From Octopus sinensis (lineage: Eukaryota): a stretch of 64,000 nucleotides of DNA. The notes below the pieces were generated by a model, which was given only the letters and a program-made list of their open reading frames with translations, searched no databases and had not been told where the DNA came from. Shown piece after piece: positions 1 through 12,494 of the stretch (the stretch's first letter is position 1; every line of letters begins with the position of its first letter). The stretch spans positions 54,312,001 through 54,376,000 of the forward strand of contig NC_043004.1 of the NCBI RefSeq assembly GCF_006345805.1, in the 5' to 3' direction. The translations under genes and the position numbers were made by a program.

Positions 1-123
1 CCTTCCACCATTTTCTGTCAAAAGTGTGTTTTTATATGCTTTGAAATATGGTGAGTCTGAAAATGAAAATACTTTCACTCATACGTTGCACCGTTTTGAA
101 GTAGTTAATAAGACACGAGAAAT

Positions 124-357
124 GTACTCTTTACTCTTTTACTCTTTTACTTGTTTCAGTCATGTGACTGCGGCCATGCTGGAGCACCGCCTTTAATCGA
201 GCAACTCGACCCTGGGACTTATTCTTTTGTAAGCCCAGTACTTATTCTATCGGTCTCTTTTGCCGAACCGCTACGTAACGGGGACATAAACAAACCAGCA
301 TCGGTTGTCAAGCAATGCTAGGGGGACAAACACAGATACACAAACACACACACACGC

Positions 358-394
<37 letters not shown>

Positions 395-577
395 ATATAT
401 ACACATATATACGACACGCTTCTTTCAGTTTCTGTCTACCAAATCCACTCACAAGGCATTGGTCGGCCCGAGGCTATAGTAGAAGACACTTGCCCAAGAT
501 GCCACGCAGTGGGACTGAACCCGGAACCATGTGGTTGGTAAACAAGCTACTTACCACACAGCCACTCCTACGCCTAT
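124..577 (-). mobile_element. tRNA-derived SINE, full length (Octopus-type), with internal (TA/CA)n tract and (AAAGAGT)n-like tail
   Basis: The reverse strand begins GGCGTAGGAGTGGCTGTGTGG (A-box-like) and later has GGTTCAGTCCC (B-box-like). A central microsatellite follows, then a 3' part ending GAAACAAGTAAAAGAGTAAAAGAGTAAAGAGT. Related pieces occur at 7.9, 11.5, 20.8 and 63.0 kb. Confidence 0.85.
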
Positions 578-1021
578 ACACAGCCACTCCTGCGCATTTT
601 CAAAATCTATACACGAATCCCGTGATTAGTACGCAAAATATTTTTGCGACTGGTCCTTAATATAAGCGGTGTGAAATTTGATTGGCTCGTTTCAATAAGT
701 GTTTGTTTTTCTTGTTTTTTTTTGCGCAGACCATTTGAAGCATAGGCAGCACCTCATATTCAGATCTTCACTAATCCTTCATGCATGAGGTCGTGTGCCA
801 CCTACTGCTGCTTAACTAGTATATTCAAAATAAATCAACAAAACTCCTTGGAATTCTATCAAATGTCGTGTAGTTATCTAAGTGTTTTCTTTTTTCATGT
901 GTTTATAGAAAAAATCTGGACCTCATTCTTTTAAATAAAAATTATTATCGAATAAAAAAAACCTTTCGCATATTACCGCTAAAAAAAATTATTAAAGTAA
1001 ATACTCCCACTTCTAATATTG

Positions 1022-1215
1022 AGGCGGCGAGCTGATAGAGTTGTTAGCAAGTCGGACCAGACACTTTGCTGTATTTCGACCGCAAATTCTGCCGGGATCG
1101 ACTTTTCCTTTCGTCTGTTCAGGGTCGATAAATTAAGTACCAGTCACTGGAGTCTATGAAATCGACTAGACCCATTACCCCAAAATTCCAGCCTTTGTGG
1201 CTACATTGGAAAAGA
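1022..1215 (+). mobile_element. Degenerate SINE of a second tRNA-derived family
   Basis: GGCGGCGAGCTGATAGAGTTGTTAGCA...AAATTCTGCCGGGATCGACTTTTCCTTTC...GGTCGATAAATTAAGTACCAG is similar to the better-preserved head at 19258-19361. Confidence 0.7.
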
Positions 1216-1639
1216 ATATCGTAGCAATGTTGTGCCCTGCCTATTCTTAAAAAGCATTTTATATAGAAACAAAGTCAGAAAAAAAATTTCTCAAAAAAGA
1301 TGTTTCTTTCAGTATATTCTAACGATAAAGCTCATTTGAAAAAAAATACCAGTTAGATCATTCTAATTTCCTTTTCTTTCTGCATTTTATATTACTAACT
1401 TTTTTCTAAGTTAAAATAGCAGTCCACGAGTTTTGGTGGGTTTTTACAGCTTCCTTGTTTTTTTGATATCTCACTGTAATAAAAATGAAATATACAAGTT
1501 AAAGTAAACTTTGATTGGTTTTTAATTAAAAAACAATAGGTGCTTTTCTTAAAAAAATTATTTATTTGTGTCATATTTTACTTTTTAAATACGGTTGGAC
1601 ATAAGTGAAAAACATTTATCAGCGAGTAGATATATTTGA

Positions 1640-2640
1640 AGAAAATTGGTTGGATTATCTTGCCCACGAAACTGGCCTATTGTGGAAAAATGTCAATAAT
1701 ATCTTTCCTAGTAAGAAAAGAGACGACGACAGCAGGTTATAAATCACCCAAGTATAGATTAACACCTCTAAACGGAAGTAATGCCAAAGTTGGATGCAAT
1801 GAACCCAAGAGCATTAAAAGGCAGTAACAAGCAATCACTTTCAGTAATTTGGAAACCGAATAAAATCGCTCAAGTGACAAAGCAGTTGTTTGAAGAATGG
1901 TTCAATGTGCATTTTTGTCCCACATTTGAAAAATATTGCCAAATAATAATAATAATTTAGATTTTAAAGTACTTTTAATTTTAAATAATGTCCCTGGACA
2001 TCCCACTTCACTTAAGGATTTAAATAGCAATGTGAAGGTTATATTTCTTTACTATGGCCCATGGACCAAGGATTGATTTCTATATTCAAAGTAAGCGTAT
2101 TATGTGCGAAGAACTTTCAGGCAGGAAATTCAAGTTATAACTGGGAAAATTTGATATTAAACAAGCAGTTGAAAACATTGATAAGTCTTGGAAGACGTAA
2201 CAGACAGCTGCATGACAGCTGAATGCACTGACATTTTTTTCGGTTTCCATAATCCCACGAACAAAGCTATTGATGAAATTTTTACAAGTGGAAGAAACTT
2301 CTGATTTTAGGAATTAAGGAATTAGATTTGGAAAATGCCAGAGAATTATTGGAACGGCTTCAAAAACAACTAAGTAACAGTGATCTTCTTGAAATGAAGC
2401 ATCAAAAGGCATACGGAGAAGAGGAAATGGAAGCAGGAGAAATGGATACCCCACAAAAGATATTTCAGTCAAAAACCTTGAAGAATCAACAAATAATTGA
2501 AAAAACAAAAGAACTCATCCAAGAGATGTATTCAAATGAAAAGAAATGCATGAATGTTCGTCGAGGGTTAGATGAACAAAATGATTGTTATGCAAAATCA
2601 CGGAGGAAAGGAGAAAAGCTACCATTGTTTAATTGAAGTT
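1640..2640 (+). mobile_element. Decayed pogo/Tigger-family DDE transposase remnant
   Basis: Interrupted translation gives AGYKSPK, NPRALKGSNKQSLSVIWKPNK, QLFEEWFNVHFCP, KVLLILNNVPGHP and a P(W/M)DQG-like segment, typical of the pogo DDE_1 domain. It contains several frameshifts. Confidence 0.75.
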
Positions 2641-3192
2641 ATATAAATTTTTTTGTAAAAAATAAAAGTCAAATCTTGCTATATTTATTTTTAAATATAT
2701 TCTTCAATGATTTAAAGTAAATACAATGCATCATATATGCGCTTTGACTGAAAAAATGTCTATAAATTTGGTATATTCCAGGTTTCATTATAATTATTGC
2801 ATTGGTTCTTAGGCTTGATTAGTGTGGTTTTGGTACATGTGGTGTTTCGCGAGAATCAGTTAGCAGCAGCAATCGAGGAATTCCTGTAATAGATATACGA
2901 CGAGCTTCTTTTCAGTTTCTGTTGTGTTATCGCCACAGTTAGATATGAACTCTGTTACTGTGGATTTGACTTCAGTTTCACATAACTTATTCTTGCGATT
3001 TTCCTCTACAACGTACTAAGTCATTTGCACATGTCTGCAATTGGCACGTCCGACTATGCTTATAAGTACTTCTATATATTGTTCCTTAAAAAATGGGCGA
3101 AGAAACAAATTTTCATGTGACCAACAAGGAAGGACATTTCTGGGACTGGCACCGTGACCATGTTATTAGCAAGCAATCTGCTTACCACACTG

Positions 3193-5150
3193 CTATTTGT
3201 AAAAGAGTTCCATTCTTCTTTGCTTTTTGGCAAATACATCGGTCACTTTGCTATAAAATGCTTCAGCACCACGCTATGCCTTCATCTTCCTCAAAACGTC
3301 TTTATTCTCTTTATTCATGAAGAAATGAAGACCAAATTATTCATTCCCTCTTCCCTTTGAGAACATCTCATATAATTATTTACACGGTTTAAAGAAGAAA
3401 ACTCTCACAAAATGCAGATGTCGCAGGTACGGTCAGAATGAGACGTAGTAATTTTGTTACTTCTCCCAGAGCTTGGTTTAGTTCAAGTTCTCATATAATA
3501 TCTGCTACTTCTTGGATGATTGATGCTTACTTTGCAAAATCTGCAGCATAAACTGATTTAAGCCCATATTTCAGTCCATCCAATTCCAATATATTTTTGT
3601 AGACATTCAGAGATGAAAATGCTTCCATCGGAAATTGTTTTTCATAAGTGTGAACAAGCTTCGGATTCAACAATTCAACAAATTTGAATTCTTCCATCGT
3701 TTTAAATCTTTTGCTCAACGTAAACAATAATTTCATCTAAAGTGTTGTGAAACAAAGTTCTTAAAGCTTCTGGTTCTTCATGTCGACTTCGCTTCTCTGG
3801 CTGTTCAGTGACACCATCCAAAACCTAGGTGTATAATTCCTCAAACATGTTCTTGACATTAATTTTAATTTCTTCTTTTTTTTTTGTAATTCTCAGCTTC
3901 ACAAGTACATCTTGAAATATCAAGCGAACTTTTTTGAAGTATCCAATTCAGAATCTCTGAACCACTCAATATGGCTTCAAATAAAAATCTTAAATGAAAA
4001 TCTTCTAGGATTTCAGTGAATCCCCTTGCTTCTGCTAATTCCGAAGCATTCCAATTCCCCTGGATTTTCTAATATGGTTGAAAATAAACTCAGAAAACAA
4101 AGAGATTTTATCGGACAAAATGGATATTTGTCAAGATGAATAATTCCATCGTGTGTCAGGTAGTTTTGGAAATCGCTTTCCAACGATTTCATCCGTTTGT
4201 GCTATCCAAGCCGTCAGCTTCGAAAAAATGTTGAAATTCCTTTTAAAGCTTGAAAGAAAAGTCGACAGTCACGACTACTTGAAGATAGGAGAGTACCAAA
4301 ATAAGTGAATGTACATAACAATGTACAGATATGACATTGGCACCAAAAATGTTTATTTTTGCTTGCATTCCGTTCAAGTCCCCTGCCATCACGCTCGCTC
4401 GGGCATAAGTTTGTGTGATGAATTTTTGACATGTGAATTCATTAACAAATTTTAGAACTTCTTCAGTCAGTGAAGCAGCCCTTCTATTTCACTGACATCG
4501 ACATAACCCAAAAATGTTTCTTGGGGCTTTTTCTTCTCAATAAATCGTAAAACACGCAGCATTTGAGATGTCATTCGCAGATCCGTAGTCTCATCAAATA
4601 TAATAGCAACCAATGATGTCTTTTCCATCATTATCCTAATTTCACCTTCAATTGTAACAGCTATACAATTAATAATGGCATGTTGAATATCACTTAAAAG
4701 TTCAGAAAACGTACAGTTGGCATTTTTCTTCAAGAAATCCAAATTCGATCCTGAGCAATCACCATATTCCGCTACTGCTTCACAGAGAGCGAGAAAATTT
4801 CCCTTATTTTATTCTTCTGTTTCATCGACTCCCCGAAATTTCGATACAGTGAATTAATCTTTTCAATATATCACGATTTCTTTCGACTCTTCTATTATGC
4901 ATTTGCATCGAAGCAGCTTTCCAGTGAGCAACTGCTGTATCGATTCGTTGTCGACCAAAGGTTTTCAGAACAATGACGGAATTCAGATGGTTCTCAGATG
5001 TTTTGTGTCTTGACAAAATTGTAATCCAATTTTTCAAATCACAGGAGCTGATAGATGTCTATGTGTTCTTATGTTGACAAAAAAGAGACATGAGAAACAA
5101 AACAATTTCTTTAGAATGGGTCATCCTGTCTTCCACTCATACTGTTCGTA
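3193..5150 (-). mobile_element. Decayed hAT transposase (ZMYM1/DUF4371-like with C-terminal dimerisation region)
   Basis: Minus-strand fragments include RHKTSENHLNS, RNRDILKRLI, AIIFDETTD...LRFI...ETFLGYVDVS, and a C-terminal SAFCES..NRVNNYMR and KVTDVFAKKQRRMELFYK* (stop at 3193-3195). Many stops and frameshifts. Confidence 0.8.
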
Positions 5151-5579
5151 AAACTTTGAATCGGATCTTTTCAATATCGTGGCCAGGACCCCAGATCTTT
5201 CTAGTTAACTAAATAATTTGAAACTTCGTGTACTCATAGAGTGTCTCAAAACAAGACACCAGTTGGAACTAGTTTATTTGAGAAAAATCTATTTTATGAC
5301 TTTAATCGTAGATTAAATCTGCGAATTTTAGCCAATCATATTGTCTGTATTTACGTGAACTTATTATCTGCGTAGTGTTATCTGTGACGTGGAAAGCAAT
5401 TTGTCAAAATGTAAACATTGGCTTGGCTCATCGTAATCGTACGCAGTTTTTCAGTTCCCTAGAATTATATTTGAAACAAAATAAAAAGAAAAAGATTCGT
5501 ACGCATAAATATCCATCCTTAGACATCAGAAAGATTAGAAATGCAACAAAAATTTAAAATACCGGATTTTTACCTTTTG

Positions 5580-5716
5580 AACTTCGTGGAGTATATATAA
5601 AATTTGTGTAGATCCTGAGTATATATAAAATGAGTGTTTAAATTATTTTCCATTGTTTGCCTTGGTTATGCTTATATTTATTTTTATACACACACACACA
5701 CATGTATACAAATATA

Positions 5717-5757
<41 letters not shown>

Positions 5758-6295
5758 CTATACACACATATTCTAATGCATATACATATATGTGTATATA
5801 TTTATAATGTGTGTGTATTATAGATGCATGAATTATATATATTTATAAAAGATGTTTACATACAATATATATATATGTTATATACATATACATGTATATG
5901 TATGTATGAATATATAAGTACCACAGAATTTGAATCAAACTGTTTTGATCCATACATACATACATACACACACACACATACATACATACACACATACTAA
6001 AATTACATCGTTGGAGCAGTAATTTATTTATGTATTTTTTGTTATACAATTTATTTTTAAGCTGAATCCCTATCCTGCCATTAACCCCTTTCTTATAAAA
6101 TATTTGAAGAATCTGGGGTGTAGGAATTGGGACAGTATTGGAACTTTTAACTTCTTGCTCTCTATCTTATGATCTCCGAAATTTAAGAATCTTGTGTTAA
6201 CTCGGCTCTTATTATTTACTCTGACTCTGCCACCACCTCAATGCAAAGTCTATCAATATCAGAATCATCTTCACAACTACCACTACAACCATTAC
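5580..6295 (+). repeat. Unclassified repeat, copy 1 (blocks A+B)
   Basis: Block A (AACTTCGTGGAGTATATATAAAATTTGTGTAGATCCT...CCACAGAATTTGAATCAAACTGTTTTGATCCATAC) recurs at 20111-20450. Block B (about 6030-6295) recurs inverted at about 13385-13612. Confidence 0.85.
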
Positions 6296-7477
6296 TACAA
6301 CCTCCAATGCCACCACCACAACCCCAAGACCAGGGGTGGGTCAATATAGTTGACATTATTTCCTCCTATAAAAGTTTTGGCTATGTACCTTTGTTAAAAA
6401 TTCTTATTTGTATTAATATAAAGTGCGAGCAAGAGAACATCTGTAGGCTTTCCTAAACTGTTAATGTGAATGTAGATGATGTCTTTTTTCAACTTGTGTA
6501 AATTAATGTCTGATGAGAATGTGATTCCATGTAGAAGCTGCCATTCTGGAGATAAATGATTGGCTAAAATATTTAGTAAAAGGGTTCTAGCTGTGAGACA
6601 TGTTAAAGATGATGATGTGGGCTCAGTTTGATATAGTTTACAGCTTACTAATTCACAGGAATAGTAGTGGGTGTTAGGATTTTTTTTTCCCATGTTTTAT
6701 TTGAACAATTTGGCTGGATAAAGGGGGCTGTGGTTGAAAGATTTGCTTCACACCCATGGGTTTCTGGGTTGTCTTTTACTGTAGTCTTAGGTTGATCAAT
6801 GTCATGTGAGTCAAATTGGGAGAATGATTCTATGAAGAAGCCCGCAAGATGTGTTTGTGTGTATGTGTGTGTGTTCATTTACATGTTTACTGCTCTAGTA
6901 TACTAGGCTATCAAAGGTTACTTTCAATGAACAGGCATCGTTAAAATGGGACGCTGCCCTATGTTTGAAATTATCTCTAATATTGATAGGATCAATGAAA
7001 GACACCCAAAGACAGTGCCTGAGCATGGCCATAGCACACTGACTGAAATTAATAAAAGAAGAAACAATTCTAGGTTTCAAAACATTTTTTAATGATAAAC
7101 ATCCAAATGTAAAGACAATGTTAAATGACTTTTCTCGGTGTAATTGTATGCATATATGCATAAATGGAATTTCCTTCTAAGTAGAAGTTCACCCGAAACA
7201 AAAGTCATGGAAATTATTAGGATGAATATTCTTTGGGTGGGAGATCAGAATAAATAAAAGAATGCAAGTGAATGTGTCATGTAAAGTGGGATGGGTGGGT
7301 TGGTGAGGTGCACAGCTGCCTTCAGAAACAACAGTAAAAAATCTTTGGTTTCATAATGGTTGAATCATTCGCCCAAAACAATGAGATTTTTGTTTCTTTT
7401 TTAAGACATGTAATAGTAGACATGTAGTGGGGGAATACTTATATTGATAGGAATCATTAATTAACAAGAAAATAATT

Positions 7478-7524
<47 letters not shown>

Positions 7525-7683
7525 TATATATTTCAATCATATATACATATATCATATATATATATACATATAAATATCATCAAATACATGTATGTATTTG
7601 AATATGTCTTGTTTGATTTACATGTTTTTCGAGTCAAGTATGTTTTAAATGAAAAAATGATTGAAGTATTCTTTCACAACCAG

Positions 7684-7761
7684 ATGCCTTTCCTGTCATT
7701 AACACTTGACTGTGTTTTAAATAAGGAATCTCTTAATTACACATGTCTTGAAAGGCTTGAA
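7684..7761 (+). CDS. Candidate small coding exon of an unidentified host gene
   Basis: Strong GTAAGC donor at 7762. There are two possible acceptors: ...TTTCACAACCAG (exon 7684-7761, MPFLSLTLDCVLNKESLNYTCLERLE) or ...TTTTAAATAAG (exon 7726-7761, phase 2-2, NLLITHVLKGL). No homology recognised. Confidence 0.25.
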
Positions 7762-7864
7762 GTAAGCAGACAATTTGTCAACCAGAGAAATGACAACAGC
7801 AAACCTTGTAGCTTGCAACTTTTATAGAGCACAAACATAAACAGATATACACACATATTATATA

Positions 7865-8005
7865 GATAGATTTCTTACAGGTTCCATCTATCAAATTCAC
7901 TCACAAGGATTTGGTCAATCTTGGCTATCATAATTGATACTTGGCGAAGTTGCCATGCACTGGAACTGAACTTAAAACCATATGTTTAAGAAGGGAACTA
8001 CGTGC
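7865..8005 (-). mobile_element. Degenerate SINE head
   Basis: CAAATTCACTCACAAGGATTTGGTC...GCCATGCACTGGAACTGAAC is similar to 420-560. Confidence 0.6.
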
Positions 8006-8042
8006 CTGTGCCTTCTATCAGTCTTTCTGTACATATGTATGC

Positions 8043-8082
<40 letters not shown>

Positions 8083-8390
8083 ACATATATAGTATGTAGA
8101 TAGGGTTGTAATCGAAGCCGTGTCCTCGTGAAGCACGCCTGTATATTCCAGTATGCCAATATTGTATGTAGATGTTATAATTGTGTGAGGTATGTATAAG
8201 AGTAGAAAAATATTGGAAAATAATATTTGCAGAGTAATTACGCATCAAAACAGTAGACTGGAAAATATTTTTAGTATTATTTATTCACCATTGCACATGT
8301 TTCATTTGCTAATACGAGTTAGAATATTATACATGTAAGAGAAAATGATAAAATATCTCTTATTAAAAACTCCTCAGACAGCGAATCAAT

Positions 8391-9852
8391 TATCAGATTG
8401 AATAAAAAATAAGCAACGTTTTGAACCATGAAGAATTTGTACCAGATTTTTGCAGGGTTTTGAATTTTTGTTAAACATTTTTTTGCAGTTGTCTGATAAT
8501 ACAGATATAAACTTACCCAAATGCATCAATAAATTAACATTTATATTTTTTTTCCCCATTCTTACAATCATCTGAAAGGGAAATGTGAAAGTGCGATATT
8601 TGAGCAGTTTTGCAATTCAACTTCAAAAAAGGATGTAAAGCAGCTAAAACTGTTCATGATATCAATGAAACATTTGGTGGGGAAATGACCAGTGAGAAGT
8701 CAGCTTGAAAATGGTTTAACCCTTTAGTGTGTGCATTATTCTGCCAAAATTAATCCTTTTTTATCAACATTGTTTTGAACTAATCATGCATTATCTTGTA
8801 GCTTTGAGATGTTGATGAGGTAGCTGTTAATTTTTTTAAACAATATTGTAGGGTTGGTGTGAGAGACCAGATATGGCTAGTTTGAACATAAAACAGGTAG
8901 AATATTTTTGGCCGGATATGGCCGGTTTAAATGCTAAAGGGTAAAATGATTTTACAGATTGTGAGCATTATGGACGCCCATCTGTCATCGATGACAGTCA
9001 AGTAGAGACTGTCATTGAGAAAGATCCATATAAAACCACTTGAGAACTGGCAAAGGACTTCAAGTTAGTCAGAAAACTGCCTGCAACCATTTTCATGCAA
9101 TCAGAAAAACAAAAAAGCTCGACAAATTTGAATGAAAATCAGAAAATGCTTATTGCTTCTTCTCCGCAACCAGACCAATCCATTTCTTGACCATATTGTA
9201 ACTTGCAATGAAAAGTGGATTCTGTACAATAAAAAACGTTCTTTGCAGTGGTTGGAGCAAAATGAAGCACCAAAAACCTTCCCTAAACCCAAGCTCTTTA
9301 AAAAGAAGGTTATGGTGACTGCTTGGTGGTGTACTTTTGGAATCATCCATTATAACTTTTTGAAATCTGGAAAAAACATTACTGCAGAAACATATTGTCA
9401 TGAAATTGCCAAAATGAAAGAAAAACCGCTAATCCTCTGTCCCAGACTGGTCAACAGAAGAGGGCCAATCATTCTTCATAACAATGCTCGACCATAAATT
9501 TCACTAATGATGCTCCAAAAGTTGAAGGAACTTGGCTATGAATTTCTTCCCCACCCTGCTTATTCCCCAGACCTTTCTCCTACCGACTACCACTTTTTCA
9601 AGCACCTTGATGGTTTCCTGAAAGAGAAGGAGTTCAAAAATCAAACTGATGCTGAAACTGTGTTCAAGGAGTTCATCAGCTCCAGAACTCCAGATTTTTA
9701 TGTTACCAGAATAAACAAACTTGTAACTCATTGGCACAAATGTGTTGATTGTAATGGTACTTACTTTGATGAATAAAATTTCCACATTGCTGAAATATAT
9801 TGTGATGAATTTCATGTTTCAAAACGTTGCTTACTTTTTACTCAGCATGATA
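8391..9852 (+). mobile_element. Full-length decayed mariner element with ~42-bp TIRs
   Basis: TIRs at 8391-8432 (TATCAGATTGAATAAAAAATAAGCAACGTTTTGAACCATGAA) and 9811-9852 (TTCATGTTTCAAAACGTTGCTTACTTTTTACTCAGCATGATA). Transposase motifs are FKKGCKAA, VTCNEKW, HNNARP and HPAYSPDLSPTDYHFF. The first two catalytic Asp read as Asn, and there are stops and frameshifts. Confidence 0.93.
8720..8941. mobile_element. piggyBac-type MITE inserted in the mariner transposase
   Basis: TTAA|CCCTTTAG ... CTAAAGGG|TAAA ends over 222 bp, splitting the mariner reading frame (..KWF / NDFTDCEHYGRP..). A second copy lies at 12181-12366. Confidence 0.75.
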
Positions 9853-10274
9853 ATACTCTCTAATTTTCTGTCTGAAGACTTTCTAACAGAAGATATCTTA
9901 CATGTTTCTCTGTTAAATACAATTTTGTAACCTATTAGTAAATGAAACATGTGTAATGGTGAATAAATAATACCAAAAATTTTTTCTTATCTCCTGTTTT
10001 GATATATGTATATGTTATATTATATACAAGATATACTATATTATCATTAATTGATGGATGCAAAGAAATAAGAAACTTGAAGTAGTCAACTCCAAAATAT
10101 AGTTGGGGTAGGTAGAATGGGGAAGTAAATGTCAATAAGAACTAACTCAGTCTTGCCAAACAGATGCCAGGACCAAAAAGTGATGATGATGATGATCAGG
10201 ATATATATATATATATATACACAGACGTATATATACATGTGTGTGTGTGTGTATATATATATGATAATATGGCG

Positions 10275-10590
10275 TAAAAGAAAGAAAATGGTAAATCTAG
10301 TTGAGTTCCTCATGAAGATAACATGGATGCCGCTCGAGCTCAAAAGATTGGCTGTTATGAAAACCTCTTAGAGGAATGTGAAGACACAGGCTGGAAAGCA
10401 GAGCATTTTTCAATCAAAGTTGGATGTAGAGGGTTTGTTGGACTCAGTGTGAAGTGACTATTGCCATCATTGACTTAATTCATCGCAAAGCAAATACCAC
10501 TAGGAGTAATATCCAAACTACACTGGAAAAGGCAAACCACTGGATTTGGTTAGAAAGCAACAATGAGCAATGGCTAGAAGAATATTGAGT
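10275..10590 (+). mobile_element. C-terminal remnant of an RLE-type (R2 superfamily; Hero/NeSL/R4-like) non-LTR retrotransposon
   Basis: Frameshift-corrected translation is VNLVE..PHEDNMDAARAQKIGCYENLLEECEDTGWKAEHFSIKVGCRGFVG...KANHWIWL. This matches the ELTVPWE..K..KY..L...GW....EVGCRGF pattern of restriction-like endonuclease domains. Confidence 0.7.
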
Positions 10591-10796
10591 GAAACCTGAT
10601 GACCAGTTGATCTAGCAAGCAGGGTCTCATTTCAGTGAGGGGTGCCCAATGATGCTGTCAAGAGATAGGTCCCGAAATGGCAGGTATTCTCTCCTAATGG
10701 CCCCATAAACTTGCTAGCATCTGGTATGCAGAGCTTTCAACAGGTAACACTTGCATCTGCATGTTGTTTGCAAAAAAATATTTAAAAATATATATT

Positions 10797-11190
10797 CGAC
10801 CCTGTGCTTGAGGAAACCTATTGAGTCAAGTACATCAACATCAAAAATCAATGGAAATTGTAGTTGTGATCCCTGTGCCGGTGGCATGTCAAAAGCACCG
10901 TCCAGATGTGGCCAATGCCAGCGCCGCCTTCACTGGCTTCCATGCTGGTGGCATGTAAAAACCACCAATCCAATCGTGGCCATTGCCAGCCTCACCTGGC
11001 ACCTGTGCCAGTGGCACGTAAAAAGTACCCACTACACTCACGGAGTGGTTGGCATTATGAAGGGCATCCAGCTGTAGAAACACTGCCAGATCAGACTGGA
11101 GCCTGGTGCAGCCTTCTGGCTTCCCAGATCCCGGTTGAACCGTCCAACCCATGCTAGCATGGAAAATGGACATTAAACGATGGTGATGAT
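10797..11190 (+). mobile_element. RTE-family LINE 3' UTR fragment with (GAT)n tail
   Basis: Near-identical to the reverse complement of 13794-14100 (GGCACGTAAAAAGTACCCACTACACTCACGGAG...CATGCTAGCATGGAAA..GGAC.TTAAACGATG). Confidence 0.85.
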
Positions 11191-11477
11191 ATTCATGATC
11201 CGCATTATCATCACTTTTCTATGCTGGCATTAGTTGGGCAGAACTGAGCCAGTACCTCCACCTCCAATCCCAACTGAGTTGCAGGACTACATTTTGTTCA
11301 TACTTTCTCTTTGCAACATAAGTTTCTGTGTCTGGATTTAACACCAACCACCTTACAAAAAATGTATTTGTGTGTGTGAGGGTGTAGTTAGTATAACAAA
11401 TAGGAGAAAAACTATTCAATAATATAGTAGGGGTAACATATTTTAGTTGATCCAGTAGCATCATAGACAATGTCTTT

Positions 11478-11655
11478 GTGTTTGTCCCTATCCCAAATTA
11501 ACAATTGGTGTTGTTTTGTTTATGTCTTGCAACTTCACAGTTTAGCAAACGACACTGATAAATAACAAACTTAAAAATATGTAGTGGGCGCAATTAGTTT
11601 CACTAAACCTTTCAAGGTGGTGCCACAGTTCAATAACTGAAACAAGTAAAAGAGG
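11478..11655 (+). mobile_element. Degenerate 3' half of the SINE
   Basis: TTGTGTTTGTCCC...AAGGTGGTGCCACAG...ACTGAAACAAGTAAAAGAG matches the 3' part of the 124-577 SINE. Confidence 0.6.
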
Positions 11656-11851
11656 TAATGTATGAATGTGTATATATAAGAACTACACATACAAACCTAT
11701 CTTGTAGATAGAATAACAAAAAGAGAGGAGAGACACAGGCAGTAATAGAGAAGCTAGTTATATTAGTCAGCAATTGTTAGACTTTTTGAGAAAATCTAAA
11801 ATATATAAGTTTAGTTGTATGTCTGTATCCAACAATGTATATTATTCTCAG

Positions 11852-11986
11852 ACTTGCACATTATTTGAAATACAAAAAGGTCACAAATTTCCAGAACTTT
11901 CACATATATTGCTCAGATGAAACTTGGCTGAGTGACCCAAGTGTCTTATGTTCAGTAATCTTCCATTTATTAGACAAGACAAACAT
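11852..11986 (+). CDS. Candidate 135-nt coding exon (phase 2-2) of an unidentified host gene
   Basis: Acceptor TATATTATTCTCAG and donor GTAAGC at 11987 enclose the open frame LAHYLKYKKVTNFQNFHIYCSDETWLSDPSVLCSVIFHLLDKTN in non-repetitive sequence. No homology recognised. Confidence 0.35.
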
Positions 11987-12180
11987 GTAAGCACTGAGGT
12001 GCGACTGGCACCTTTATTTATGATACTGAGAATGATGGATTTTAGTTCAAATAAGAATGCAATTATTTTGTTTAACATTGTTACAGTAGTTTGTTTTAAT
12101 ATTAAAAGTGATGTAATTCAATTTAAAAGATCTCTGATATCACTGTTAAAAACCAGTGTTCAATTCTTGTTTCATCTTAA

Positions 12181-12366
12181 CTCCTTAACATTCAGATTGT
12201 TTATTCACATTGCTTTGAATTAATCATGCATTACCTGTAGCCTTGAGATTTAATTGATCTGATTGCTTATTTTTAGATTGACTTTCTAGAGGCCAGGCCT
12301 GACCGGTTTGAACATAAAACAGGTAGAATATTTGGGCCAGATATGGCCGGTTTAAATGCTAAAAGG
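12181..12366. mobile_element. Second copy of the piggyBac-type MITE
   Basis: Shares GAATTAATCATGCATT and TTTGAACATAAAACAGGTAGAATATTT...GATATGGCCGGTTTAAATGCTAAA with 8720-8941, and is preceded by TTAA. Confidence 0.75.
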
Positions 12367-12494
12367 AGGAGAAACATATCAATTAAAATCTTCCTTGCTA
12401 CATGGAGAGGAAGCCACTCTGTCATGTGTTAACATCATCAGATGATCTAGTTCTTATTCCCAATGTTTCAATAATGTGAAGTGTCATCATGTAG

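Noticed and set aside
124-577. tRNA gene
   Set aside because: It has only A-box-like and B-box-like motifs in a SINE head with no complete cloverleaf. No true tRNA or rRNA gene was seen in the window.
8517-8571. Apparent minus-strand exon with TTTCAG acceptor and GTAAGT donor
   Set aside because: It lies inside the 5' region of the mariner element between its TIRs.
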